64,000 nt of DNA from an uncultured Planctomycetaceae bacterium (GCA_963815195.1 CAWFGE010000015.1:1-64000); one strand, 5' to 3'; counted from the first letter of the stretch, positions 1 through 11,304 are shown. Made by a program: numbers and translations. The notes: a model not told the origin generated them from the letters alone.

Positions 1-144
1 CCCGGATCGGTCCGGATCGCCGGTTTTTACCAGACGGGGCGGGGGAAATCTGTTACAGTGATAATGGCGGGTTCCCGATGATTTCCGGAGAAGGTGTTTG
101 AAAAGATGTTCGGTAGGCGCTAGCGGTCGGTCAGAGCAAAAACT

Positions 145-234
145 TTGGGTTGAAAGAAATTAGCCGCAGGGCGCTAGCCCCCGTTTTTGTTGGGTTGAAA
201 GAAATTAGCCGCAGGGCGCCAGCCCCGGTTTTCG
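145..234. repeat. Tandem duplication (2 x 45 bp) of a REP-like half site, family A (ATTAGCCGCAGGGCGCTAGCCCC)
   Basis: TTGGGTTGAAAGAAATTAGCCGCAGGGCGC(T/C)AGCCCC... occurs at 145-189 and 190-234; the same core occurs at 29690. Confidence 0.85.
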
Positions 235-327
235 TGGGCGAAATGTCGGCGGAATCGGCGTGTTGTCGGCCGGGTTTCCGATCAAGCGAAACGAATTGCG
301 GGACATAAAACAAAGGGTGCGGGACCG

Positions 328-3300
328 ATGGCCGAGCGAATTGCCTGTATCGATTTTTCCAAAGCCCCCAAAGACTTTCGGCAGATTGCGTTGGAACCGG
401 GCTATCCCCTCCTGGACCGCACCAACGCGAACGCGCGGATTGTCTCGAAGTGGCTGGGGCGAACGGCGGCGGAACCCGAACGGCACGGCGAAGTCGTAAG
501 TTGGTATGTGCGTTCCGAGCAAGGAGCGAGGCTCGACGGCGTGGCGGTCTGCCCGGTCTCGGCGAAGGATCTGAAAGGCGGCCTCAAGAGCGAATTGAAG
601 GAAATGCAAAATCGGCTCGATGCCGCCGGGCCCCGCACGCGGGCCGAGCAAGCGATCCACCGCACGCTCAAGGAGAATCTCGCCGCCATGATGGAAGACC
701 CCGGCCGGCCGGATCTCGATAGCTACTTCCTCAAATACCAGGATGAGCAGGGCAAATGGCGGCTGCTGTGGATGTGGGGTTACGAACGCACAGATCCGGC
801 CGCGGTGGAGGTTCCCGCCGCCATCTGCGTCAAACACGATTGCCGAACCCTGTTCTTGAACTCTGCCGAGGCCCAAGGCCAATGCCCGCACTGCAAAACG
901 GGGCTGCCCATTCCGCCCAATCCCCTGAAGCGCCTGGCGGTGGCTGTTCTGCTGCTATTGTTGATGGGCGGGGCCGGCTTTGGCGGATGGTGGTACATGC
1001 AGCCGCGGGCGGTGCTCAAAGGCGTGGTGCTGTGGGCCGGCGACAATCAGCCGGTTCCCGGCGCGGAAATTCGCATTCCCAGTTTGAATCTGTCCGCGCA
1101 GACCGACAAGGCGGGACAATTCCAACTCGCGCGGCTGCCCGAAGGCTCGGTGGAAATCGAAATCGCCGCCTTGGGCTTTCATCCCAAGACCCACACCGAA
1201 CTCTTGACCGCGGGCGAGGAGACGTCTCTGAAGATTCCGCTCGAAGGCAACGCCGCACTCACGGGACGCGTCGTCAACGGCATGGGGGAAAAACGCCCCG
1301 TGCCGAACGCGACCGTCCAAATCGCGGGCACCAACCTGACGGGAAAATTCAATCAAAACGGCGAATTCCACATCGAAGGTCTCCCCGGCGGCGCGCGGCA
1401 GATTCACGTCACGGCCGACGGGTTTCCGGCAAAAGACATGGATGTGAAATTAACCGCCGAGAAAACCCAATCGGTAACCGTGGACCTCGTCGGCGAGGCG
1501 ATTTTGGCCGGCCAGATCCTGCAGGCGAACAACGAAAAGCCGATCTCCGGGGCGAAGGCGGACGTGATCGGAACCGGGCAATCGGCGTCGACCGATGCCG
1601 ACGGCTGGTTCGTCATCAAAAACCTGCCGGCGGGCGAACGGGAGTTGGAAGTCTCCGCCGAGGGATTCGCGACCCATGTGGCAAAGATTCTGCTCGCTGC
1701 GGGGAAAGAACGGTCGGAGCGCGTGCTGATGTTGGGCGGCGCAGATTCTTTCGGGGACGGTCGCGACCCAGAGCGACAACAAACCCATCCCCGGGGCCAC
1801 CGTGCAGATTGAAGGAAACCGGCAAAGCGCTCAAACCGATCCCAGCGGGCGGTTTTCGCTGGGGGGCATTCCCAGCGGGACGGTGAGGATTCTCGTTTCC
1901 GCTCCGGGATACCTCACGGCGAAGTTGGACCGGAAACTGCCCACGGGCAAACAAACGGTCATCGACGTCACGCTCGAAGGCGGAGCGTCGCTTGCAGGCG
2001 TGGTCATCGATGGAACCACCAATCGTCCGCTGGCCAATGCCGAGGTCCGGGTGTCGGGATCCTCGAGCGCCTTTCGCACGGACGATTCGGGGGCGTTCAA
2101 AGCGGGCGGACTCAAGGCCGGGCCCGTGACGATCACCGCAAACGCCGACGGCCTGAAATCGAAGACGGCCACCGTCACCCTGGAAACAGGCAAGGAAACC
2201 AAGGCGGAACTTGTACTCTTGGGCGAGGCGAAACTCGCCGGCACCTTGACCGATGCCGTTTTCGGAACGCCGATCGCCGAGGCCCTACTACAAATCGTGG
2301 ACACCGCATTGAAGGCGACGACGGACAAGGAGGGCCGGTTCGAAATCGCCGGCCCGCGCAGCGGACCGGCCAAGATCGAAGTCGCGGCGAAAGGCTACCC
2401 CAACACCAACTTTACGCAAGACCTCAAGCCGGACACGTCGGTGGCGTGGGACCTGACGGGTGGCGCGGTGTTGACGGGAACCGTCACCGACCCCGCCAAG
2501 AAAAACGCACCCATTGCGGGTGCCGTCGCCACGATTGCGGGAACGAACATCTCCGTCAAGTCCGACGCCAAAGGGCAATTCCGCCTGGAAAAACTCCCGG
2601 CACTTCCCGTCAAACTCGACATCGCCGCCGCGGGCTATAAGCCGCAAACCGTTACAGAAAACCTTTCCGCCACGAAGCCCAACGAAATCAAAGTTCTCTT
2701 GGGCGGCGACGCGGTGCTCATCGGCAAGGTGTTTGACGAGATCACCGGCCAACCGGTTCCCGGGGCAACCATCGGACTCGCAGGCTACAACGTGACGGCC
2801 GTCACCGACCCCCAAGGCAAGTTTCGCCTGGAAAACGCCTTCGCCGGGGACCACGAGGTGATGGCCACCGCCAAGGCCTACCCCGCAAAGTCCCAAGCCG
2901 TGACCCTCAAGTCCCTGACGCCGGGACAAAAGCCGGTCGAGGTTTCCATTGGCCTGAGCGGAACCGCCGTCGCCAAGGGAAAAGTCCTTTCGCCCGACGG
3001 GAGTCCGATTGAAGGGGCCGTCATCCAATTGGCCGGAACGCAACATCAAGCCAATACCGACAAGGACGGGCTTTATGAACTCAAAAAACTGCCCGGCCAA
3101 AAGGTGAGCCTGGACATCTCCGCCGCGAACTACAAAACCGAAACCGTCGCCGCCAATTTGACGATGGGCCAAACGGCAACGATCCCGGCGACGCAATTGA
3201 CGAGCGGGCTCAACGTCGCCGGGCAGGTCATCAACGCCCTCAACGAGCAATCGATTCCGAGTGCGAAGCTCAAGATCGAGGGTTCCCAGATCGAAGCCGT

Positions 3301-3940
3301 CAGCAATGCCGAGGGGCGGTTCCAATTGAGCGCCGTTCCGGTGAATCCCTTTACGCTGAATGTGGAAGGCCAGGGCTTTTATCCCGAAACGATGACCGTC
3401 GATCCCAAAACCAGCGGCCAGGGCATCAAACCCGTGCTCGCGCCGATCCTTAAGCCCGGTGAAATTCGGATCGTGCTCTTGTGGGGCCAAATGATCCCCG
3501 ACCTCGATTTGCACCTCTACATCACGGAAAAAAGCGGCAAAAAAATCCAGGTGTGGCACCAAAAAAGGAATCCCCCTGGATCCACCGCCACGTTGGATGT
3601 GGACAACCGCAACGGCTACGGGCCGGAAACGATCACGATCAAAAACCCCAACCCCGGTGAATACCTCATCGTCGCCCGCGCTTATCAGGATCCCAAGAAC
3701 AACCAGCTTCTCAAAATGAGCGAATCCGCGGCCGAGGTGCGGGTATATCAAGCGGGAAAAAAGAAAGGCGATCAAATCCGCGCCAGCAATACTCCCGGCA
3801 AGAACAGCAACGCCAATCCCCTCGGCGCGGACCACTCCGTGTGGTACGTGGGAAGGATTACAGTGTCCGGCAACGAGCCGGCGAAGCTCGAATTCTTCGG
3901 CCGCTATAACTACAAGGATGAACTGCCGAAAGGTTATTAA
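328..3940 (+). CDS. Large membrane-anchored protein (~1200 aa): SrfA-like N-terminal domain, Zn ribbon, TM helix, 10 carboxypeptidase-regulatory-like beta-sandwich repeats, C-terminal YfaP/DUF2135-like domain; frameshift near 1743
   Basis: ORFs 328..1812 and 1802..3940 join. After the shift the frame reads ILSGTVATQSDNKPIPGATVQIEG, a normal repeat start. Motifs: CVKHDC..CPHC, hydrophobic LAVAVLLLLLMGGAGFGGWW, repeated G.V....P..GA.V.......TD..G.F, and C-terminal DLDLHL..LDVD...GYGPETITI. Confidence 0.8.
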
Positions 3941-4128
3941 CTCAAACTGTAAGTCGAAAGTGCAGGGGGTGGCTGGGGCGCAAAGGATTGTTCCAAAGAA
4001 AAAGGGGCTTTGAGACCTGGGGCCGTGTGAGATTTTTCTCGCCCGGCACAGCCCCAGCATTCTTAGTTCAACCCTTATTCCAAAGGGGATTTGCGCCCCA
4101 GCCACCCAAACGCTTACAGTTTGAGTTA
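3938..4128. mobile_element. MITE-like nested inverted-repeat element (family C)
   Basis: Perfect 16-bp outer IR TAACTCAAACTGTAAG (3938-3953) / CTTACAGTTTGAGTTA (4113-4128), and 18-bp inner IR GGGTGGCTGGGGCGCAAA (3967-3984) / (4090-4107). Non-coding, between convergent genes. Confidence 0.7.
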
Positions 4129-4190
4129 TTAATCGCCGATCAATTCGCCCGGACCAGGAGGCTCACGCCTCCCGCTCGCCTAGGCCAAAT

Positions 4191-4608
4191 TCAGAACTGG
4201 CGAAAATAGTCTTCCGGGGAAGACTTGGACTTGTGCGGCTCCCAATAGGTTTTTGCGCGGATCGAACCGCCGCTGCATGGAATCGCGTCCCCGCAGGCGG
4301 AATAAAACTCCCACCGGCGTGAACACCAGATAAAACACGATCGCAAAGATCACGTGGGACATCACCCAGCCGATGGGGAACGCCAACACCATAAACACGC
4401 AATACACCGCGCGGAGCCGTTCGGGAACAATCAAACTCAGGAAGAGTGCCAGCACCGCGGCGGCGACCAACCCGCCTGCGATCCCCGCGTGATGCCCTTC
4501 GCCTCGAAGCAACACAACGGCAATGACCGTGCAGAACAACGTCAAACCGCAGCCGAAGAGTCTGAGTTCGCTCCGCGCGGGTTTCCAGTTGATTTCCATC
4601 AAGGCCAC
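4191..4608 (-). CDS. SxtJ-family membrane protein; frameshift near 4255
   Basis: ELRLFG N-terminus, TM helices and VFYLVFTPVG...GRDSM motif. The alternate frame gives the family-typical ending KTYWEPHKSKSSPEDYFRQF*. Lies directly downstream of a carbamoyltransferase. Confidence 0.75.
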
Positions 4609-4620
4609 GGCCCGTTCCTT

Positions 4621-6455
4621 CTAATCCAAGGGAAAACCCGCGAGGTAATCTTCGACTTCGTGTCTGGGAACATCCTTCTGCTCTTCCTTGAACAGTAAAA
4701 ACGGCCCCATCACCAGCACGTCCATATTGGTGGCGAGGAAACAGCGGTAGGCATCGGCGGGCGTGCACACGATCGGTTCCGCGCGGACGTTGAAGCTTGT
4801 GTTGATGACCACCGGCGTGCCTGTCTGCTCTTCAAATTGGCGGATCAGTCGATAAAACCGCGGGTGCTGCTCCTGGCCGACGGTCTGGAGGCGCGCGGAG
4901 TTGTCCACGTGCGTGATCGCCGGGATCGTGGACCGCACCTGGGTTCTTCGCTCCAATCCGCGAACCTCGGGCTGCCCGTTTTGCGGGACAAGTTGATCGG
5001 GATGCACCTGGGCCACGAGGAGCATGTAGGGGCTGGTCGCGTCCGGTTTCACTTCGAAAATTCGCCGGCCCGCTCTTCGAGCACGGCCGGGGCAAACGGG
5101 CGAAACGATTCCCGGAACTTGATCTTCTGATTGATGACCGATTGCATCTTGGGGCTGCGGGCATCGCCCAGGATGCTCCGGCTGCCGAGCGCCCGCGGGC
5201 CGAATTCCATCCTTCCCTGGAACCAGCCGACGACTTTGCCCCCGGCAATCTGCTCCGCGGCAATCCGATCCACTTCCGCTTCGGAATCGACTTCGTGATA
5301 AGCCGCCCCTTTTTCGTCGAGAAGCCTGCGAATCGCGTCCGCCGAAAATTCTGGGCCCAGCAGCGAACCGGATTGCCGATCGGGCTCGTTCGTTCGGCGG
5401 GGGTGATCCAGTAACTGATACCAAACCAACAGAGCCGCCCCCAACGCCCCGCCCGCATCGCCGGCGGCGGGTTGAATCCACATCCGCTCGAACGGCCCCT
5501 CCCGCAACAGCCGCCCGTTGGCGACGCAATTGAGCGCCACGCCGCCCGCCAGGCAGAGGCTTTTAAGGCCCGTTTGCTCGTGCGCGTGCCGGCCCATGCA
5601 GAGGATGATTTCCTCTGTGACCTGTTGCACCGAGGCGGCGAGATCGAGTTCCCGCTGCGTAAACTCCGCTTCGGGCCTTCGCGGCGGGCCGCCGAACAGC
5701 CGATGAAATTTCGCCGAGGTCATTGTGAGCCCCTGGCAGTAGTTGAAATAGCTCATGTCCAACCGGAAGGAGCCGTCCGGCTTGAGGTCGAGCAGCTTCT
5801 CCCGGATCGCCTCCGCATACTTCGGGTCTCCATAGGGGGCCAAGCCCATGAGCTTGTACTCGCCGGAGTTGACCTTGAATCCGCAAAAGTATGTGAAGGC
5901 GGAGTACAGCATTCCCAGCGAATGCGGAAAGCGAAGTTCCTGGAGCAGCCGCACCCGGTTTCCTTTCCCCTCGCCCACCGAGGCGGTCGCCCACTCGCCC
6001 ACGCCATCCACGGTCAGAATGGCGGCTTCTTCAAACGGGGACGGAAAAAACGCGCTGGCCGCGTGCGATTCGTGATGCTCGGGGAACAAAAACCGCTTTT
6101 TGTACGCGTGGTCCAAGCCGCGGCGAAGCTCGCGCGGCAGGCGAAGTTTTTGCCCCAGCCACTGGGGCATCGCTTTGCAGAACGACTGAAAACCGCGCGG
6201 AGCATATGCCAAATAAGTTTCGAGCAGCCGATCGAACTTGAGCAGCGGCTTTTCGTAAAACGCGACGTAATCCAATTCCTCCGCCGAGATGCCCGCCTCT
6301 TCGAGGCAATACTGGATGGCGTTTTTGGGGAAATCCGGATCGTGCTTTTTCCGCGTGAAGCGTTCTTCCTGAGCCGCCGCCACGATGTCCCCATCGACGA
6401 CCAGTGCCGCCGCCGAGTCATGATAGAACGCGGAAATGCCCAGGATGCTGGTCAT
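4621..6455 (-). CDS. Carbamoyltransferase, NodU/CmcH (SxtI-like) family; frameshift near 5055
   Basis: ILGISAFYHDSAA, AQEERFTR.KHD, EHHESHAASAF, GEYKLMGLAPYG, GGVALNC, FGPRALG.RS, KFRESFRPFAP. The C-terminal part in ORF 4621..5529 has PAITHVDNSARLQTV and NTSFN. Confidence 0.92.
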
Positions 6456-6783
6456 CGGATGGAATCTCAATCGGAAAGAGTCGTGCGTTTTGAGTATAGC
6501 AAACGAGGAAATTCAATGGCGAGACGCGGTTCAACGAAATGCCCTGTTCGGCTTCTGGCGGGGGACAAATTTTTCCGTCTGGACACGGTTGGACAATTCT
6601 CTAAAATCCCGCTCCCCGCGAAAAGGGTGAAGCTTTCGCAATACTCCGGGTGGGGGTTTTCCATCTGTTGGGGTTGGTCGTTCGCCAGGGACTCCCGCAA
6701 AAGTCCCAGGGGAAGAGCAACCCTTGGCCGCGTCGGCCTTTTTTATCCCCTCCCCACGAAACCACGGCTGAGAGGACCCAAAC

Positions 6784-7731
6784 ATGCCGTCCTTTGCTGC
6801 AATCTTGCGTTGCTTGTGCGCGCTTTTTGCATTGACGCTCGCAGGCTGCTTTTCGTATACCCGCTACCCCTACTATCCCTATAACCCCTATGTGCCGGCG
6901 TACGGCGCACCGGCTCCCTTGCAGCCGCAGCTTGGCCCTCCCACGGGCGTGCCCACGCCGGTCGATCCGAATAGCCCGAATGCATTCCCGCCCGCGGACG
7001 GTGGCTCGCAATTCAACAACGGATCGCAGCTTGCTCCCACGCCGGATTCGGGCAACGGGTTCCCGCCGACCAACAATTTCAACCCCGACTTGTCGCAGCC
7101 GCCGCTTGGCGGCCAGGGCGGAACGGGAGCCGGCCTGGTTCCCAATTACAATGATCCCAATAACCTGAACCCGGCCAACAGCGGCGGCGTTTTTGAGGGC
7201 GGCGGTGCCGCACCGTTCGATCAGAACGGAGCCAGCTTGCAACCGGACTCAAAACAATCCGTCAGCCAGGTTCGCTACGAGCGGGCCCCTCAAGCTCAGG
7301 AAGTGCAACTGGCCGCTCACCAAACCTCTCCGATCGAAACCTGGCCCGTCGCCACGGACGCTCCGCCCGCCGAGCCGGGGCCCCTCAAGACGCCCAACCC
7401 CTACGGCTACGATGCCGTCGGCTATCGCTGGCTGCGGGGCGTGGTGCATTTCGATGAAAAGCAGCACGCGTGGGTCATCGTGTATAACCCCAACCCCGGC
7501 CCGCAAGATGCTTACAAAGGCCAATTGACGCTGCTCGACAACGGCCTCCTCCAGAAAATGCAAAACGACAATGTGGTCCTCGTCGAAGGCCAAGTCGATC
7601 CCGCCAACCCGGAGCCCGGCACCGGCAAACCCCAATACCGCGTGAAACGAAGGCCTACGGCCCCCTGGTGCCCAAACAGTGACAACGCCTTCTTGCCTGC
7701 GTTTGGTTCCGTGGCGGTTGTTCTTCGGTAA
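6784..7731 (+). CDS. Pro/Asn-rich lipoprotein of unknown function (true stop may be ~7682 after a late frameshift)
   Basis: Lipobox LAGC after a hydrophobic stretch, low-complexity Pro-rich middle, globular C-terminal domain (YRWLRGVV...YKGQLTL..VLVEG). Confidence 0.7.
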   Translation: MPSFAAILRCLCALFALTLAGCFSYTRYPYYPYNPYVPAYGAPAPLQPQLGPPTGVPTPVDPNSPNAFPPADGGSQFNNGSQLAPTPDSGNGFPPTNNFNPDLSQPPLGGQGGTGAGLVPNYNDPNNLNPANSGGVFEGGGAAPFDQNGASLQPDSKQSVSQVRYERAPQAQEVQLAAHQTSPIETWPVATDAPPAEPGPLKTPNPYGYDAVGYRWLRGVVHFDEKQHAWVIVYNPNPGPQDAYKGQLTLLDNGLLQKMQNDNVVLVEGQVDPANPEPGTGKPQYRVKRRPTAPWCPNSDNAFLPAFGSVAVVLR

Positions 7732-7851
7732 GGACGGTTCGACCAATAAGTGTCCTCTATTCTTTGAGCGGCACGGCGCTAGCCGCCGGCTTTTCACATT
7801 CCACCAACCGGTGGCTAGCGCCATTCCGCTCAGTTATTTCTCGAATGATCC
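7732..7851. mobile_element. 120-bp MITE-like element with TAA target-site duplication, enclosing a family-A REP hairpin (7765-7832)
   Basis: TAA|GGACGGTTCGACCAATAAGTGTCC ... CAGTTATTTCTCGAATGATCC|TAA. Both ends are homologous to the ends of 29661..29781. Confidence 0.75.
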
Positions 7852-7858
7852 TAAAGCA

Positions 7859-10022
7859 TCAATTCGCAGCCGCGGCGGGGGTGGATTTTAATCCCGCGCT
7901 GTTGATCGCGCGGACGCGGTATTTGGGCAATGTCTCTCCCGGAGCCTTGTCCACGAACCGCATCTGGGGCAACGGCTGTTCGGGGGTGTCGTGATAGGAC
8001 AGGCCTTGAAACAGAGGCCGTCCAAACCGGCCCGCGGGCTTTTGGGGAACCTGGCCCGCGGTTTTGCCGTCGCGTTCGATGACGAAGGCCCTGATCCCGC
8101 TTTCAAAGTCGGCGTCCGCGTTCCAGGTGACGATCACCTCGCCGTTGTCGCCCGTGCGGACTTTCACATCGAACGGTGCGGGAGGCGGCGTTTCGTCGGC
8201 GACTTCTCCCGTGCGCTTGTATTCCTCCAACTTCGACGCCATCGCCTGCTGCCAGGCGTCCTGCGCCTTCGCGGGCGGGCTTGAGGTCCGGGCGGCCGGA
8301 ATCTTTCGCGGGCAGCCGATGCTCGAGCCAGAAGTCGAAAAAGGGAATGGCGAGATAGCGGGAGTCGCCGCATTCGTGGGCGGTGCGCGGGTCGGGAGCG
8401 AACTCAAAAAACGCCCCGTGCCGGCGGTAGTCGGTCTGCATCGCGAGGAGCCCGTCATAAGCCCGGTGAAACCGCTCGTCGCCTTTTTCCTTGAGGCCGG
8501 GATTCCCCAGCACGGGAACCTCGTACGCGGCGGCGGGGATTTCTGGAGCCGGGATTTCGCCGGCGGTCCAATAACCGAACGCCGTTCCGGACCGCAGCCA
8601 GATCGCCACGATCCGCTCCGGGTGCGCCGTTTGCATCAAGCTGGCCCAAAAGCCGCCGCCCGAATGCCCCCACAAACACCAGGGCGCGGTTTTCAATTCC
8701 TCGTGGTCCGCGGCTTTGGCAAAATGCGCGAGGGCCTCTAAGAACCGCTTTTCGGTACCGTTCCGCGGATCGCACCACAATCGGCAATTGACGCCTTTCT
8801 TCGGTTCGTAAGACGAGCCCATCAATGCGCAGTCCCACTTCTTTGCGAGCGCCTGCCAGTGCAGGTCGTCGGCCGCGGTTTGACCGCCGATGGAAGCCCC
8901 CGGCCCGCAACCGTGCTGATGCACGATCACCCCGCGAAGCCGTTTGACGCCTTGCGGAATCCACAGATAATAATCGGCCGACAACAAGAGTTCCCCCGGC
9001 CGGGCGACCGCGGGATAATGGATTTGATGGACCACGCCTCCCGTGGAAGCGCGTTTCGACGAAACCGGCCGCCGCTGTTTTTCGACGAGCGGTTCAATTT
9101 GCGCATCCAGGTCTTGGACTTTCTTTCGCGCCTCCGCCAGGGGCAGGCCTTTTTTCACGCCGGGCCGCTTGTGGCCGACGTCCGAAAGCCACGCATCATG
9201 CAGGATCGCCGTGCGCTGGGTGACGAGCTTCAAAAGTTCCGGGGCCGGTTCCGTCGTAGACTCGACGCCCCACGCGTGCAGGATCGTCTCGCCCAACACG
9301 CGATGGCCCGCGGGATTGGGATGAATCCCGTCGGGGGCGCACGTGTATTTCGGATCGGACTTTCGCTTCTCCGCCAGATGTTCCGCCAGCGGCGTGTGCA
9401 GGTCGATCACCATTTCCACCCGCGGCTTTTGCTTTAAGATCCATTCGCCATAGCGGGCGAGGACATCGTCATAGTTCTCGTACATGGCGAAGTAGGCGTA
9501 CTTGTCTTCGCCGGCGGGTTTTAATTTTCCCTTGCCCCGGAGCGGCAGCGGATCGAACGGCGGGGGCGTCATCAACACGAGCTTGGCGCCCGCGGCGTGC
9601 ACTTTCTGGATCAAGCGGTCCACGCCGGCTTGATACGCCTTGAAGCGGTCTTCGCCGAAGGGGTAATAGATGCCGTCGTTCATGCCGTAGCATGCCACGA
9701 CCACGTCGGGTTTGATCTTGGCGAGTGCGCGGTCGAGCCGTTCGTGCACGTCCGGGCGGGGAAAGGGATGCTCCGGTTCGGAGAGCCCGCTCACAGTTTC
9801 GCTGGCGAGGCCGAGGTTGATGATCTCGGGCAGCGGCTCGGCCCCTTGCAGGCGAAGCTGCGTTTCGATCCATGCAACATAATGCCCGGCATGGGTGATC
9901 GAATCCCCGAGAAACAAAATCCGCTTGGCCGACACCGGAAACCCAAGTTCCGCCCGCGCCTGCGAAGTCGATAATAACAAAGGGACAACCACGAGGAGGC
10001 GAATCAATCGAGTGCGAATCAT
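7859..10022 (-). CDS. Secreted SGNH/GDSL hydrolase fused to an alpha/beta hydrolase and a C-terminal Fn3-like domain; frameshift near 8265
   Basis: Signal peptide; FLGDSIT, GMND and DGIHPN (SGNH blocks); GHSGGG nucleophile elbow. C-terminus in ORF 7859..8458 has VIVTW...YRVRAINSAG. Confidence 0.85.
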
Positions 10023-10045
10023 GGGAGAGTCTTTCGAGTTTGTTT

Positions 10046-10155
10046 TGAGCGGAACGGCGCTAGCCGCCGGTTGTGCGTGACAGACCGGCGGCTAGCGCCG
10101 GGCCGCTCACCGCCGGTTGTGCGTGACAGACCGGCGGCTAGCGCCGGGCCGCTCA
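10046..10155. repeat. Family-A REP-like hairpin with a 46-bp tandem duplication of loop plus right arm
   Basis: TGAGCGGAACGGCGCTAGCCGCCGG..CCGGCGGCTAGCGCCGGGCCGCTCA; 10064-10109 is repeated exactly at 10110-10155. Confidence 0.9.
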
Positions 10156-10163
10156 CGAAAATC

Positions 10164-10859
10164 TTAAAGTTTCGGTTTCGTCGCCAGTACGATTTCCACC
10201 GGGACCCACATGCTTTCCACGCTGGCGTCCTGGGTCTGGAAACCCGCGGCTTCGAGGGCCCGTTGGACATAGATCGCCCGGCAATCGACCAGGTTGGGAA
10301 AATGTTTGTGGGACCATTCGTAAATGTTGAACACGACGCCGTGGGGGCCGTCCTTGGAGACCGCCACGACGACAATCCGGCCGCCGGGCTTTAACACCCG
10401 CCAGCATTGGGCGAGCACTTGGGGAATCTCCGGCGTGTCAAACAGCTCCAGCGTAAAGCTCATGAACACCCCGTCGCAAGACTGGGCATCGAACGGGAGT
10501 TGCGTCGCATCGCCGCAGCGAAGCTGCGCGCGGTCGGCGAGGCCTTCTTTTTGCAGAAGCTCGGCGGCGAGTTCTTTCATCTTTTCGGAAAGATCGATCC
10601 CGTAGACTTTGCCCTCCGGACCGACGGCTTTGGCGAGTTCCACAAGACAATGCCCGGTGCCGAACCCGATTTCGAGCATGGTCTCGCCGGGGGCGGCGGC
10701 GAGTTTCTTGAGGCCGGCTTCCCGCATCGGCTCCTCGGCCTGTTCCGCCATCAAATCGTACACGCGGGCGATTTTATCGTAGTAGGCTTTGGTGGATTCT
10801 TTCGAGTTGAAGACCCGCTGCACGTCGGGTTCATAGCTCAATGACGAGTCATCGCTCAT
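10164..10859 (-). CDS. Class I SAM-dependent methyltransferase (UbiE/MenG-like)
   Basis: MLEIGFGTG motif I, GIDLS, GDATQLPF, RVLKPGGR. Confidence 0.9.
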   Translation of the reverse strand: MSDDSSLSYEPDVQRVFNSKESTKAYYDKIARVYDLMAEQAEEPMREAGLKKLAAAPGETMLEIGFGTGHCLVELAKAVGPEGKVYGIDLSEKMKELAAELLQKEGLADRAQLRCGDATQLPFDAQSCDGVFMSFTLELFDTPEIPQVLAQCWRVLKPGGRIVVVAVSKDGPHGVVFNIYEWSHKHFPNLVDCRAIYVQRALEAAGFQTQDASVESMWVPVEIVLATKPKL

Positions 10860-11304
10860 AGGGTTTTCCTCGCTGGTGTTTGAGGGGTTGAAAAGTCCCG
10901 CCCGCACAGCCGCCTGGTTTCCTTGGACGAATTAAAGGATTTTTTCCTACATACTATGGGGTGTTGGACGTGTTATCGTCAAGAAACCCACATAACCGCG
11001 GCATGGTGACGCCGTAGATCGTCGTCTCCCGTTGAGTCCTCCGGCAGACAAATTCAAGACTTGGGCACGTTTTGCCGATTCTGTCAATAGGAGTGACTTT
11101 TCCGATTTTGCCCACCCACGCCGGGAGCTGAACCATGGACGGGAACCGCACGACAGGACGGCCGCTGAGATCGCTCCTCGTGTGGGGGCTCGCACCCACC
11201 CCCGCGCCGGAAGCGGCCACGCCCGCGCCGGTCCCTGTGCCTCGGGCCGAGACCTCCCCGGAAGAATAAAACGGTTTGGACGGCGGCGGAAAAGGAGCAA
11301 CGAC

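Noticed and set aside
1740..1812. Programmed ribosomal frameshifting in the repeat protein and other split genes
   Set aside because: No shared slippery heptamer or downstream structure; the shifts are scattered over unrelated genes, consistent with sequencing indels.
4191..6455. Saxitoxin biosynthesis cluster
   Set aside because: Only the widespread carbamoyltransferase / SxtJ-like pair is present, with no sxtA, sxtG or other core genes.
11135..11269. 44-aa Pro/Ala-rich ORF upstream of the DUF6985-like gene
   Set aside because: No recognisable motif and too short to support from sequence alone.
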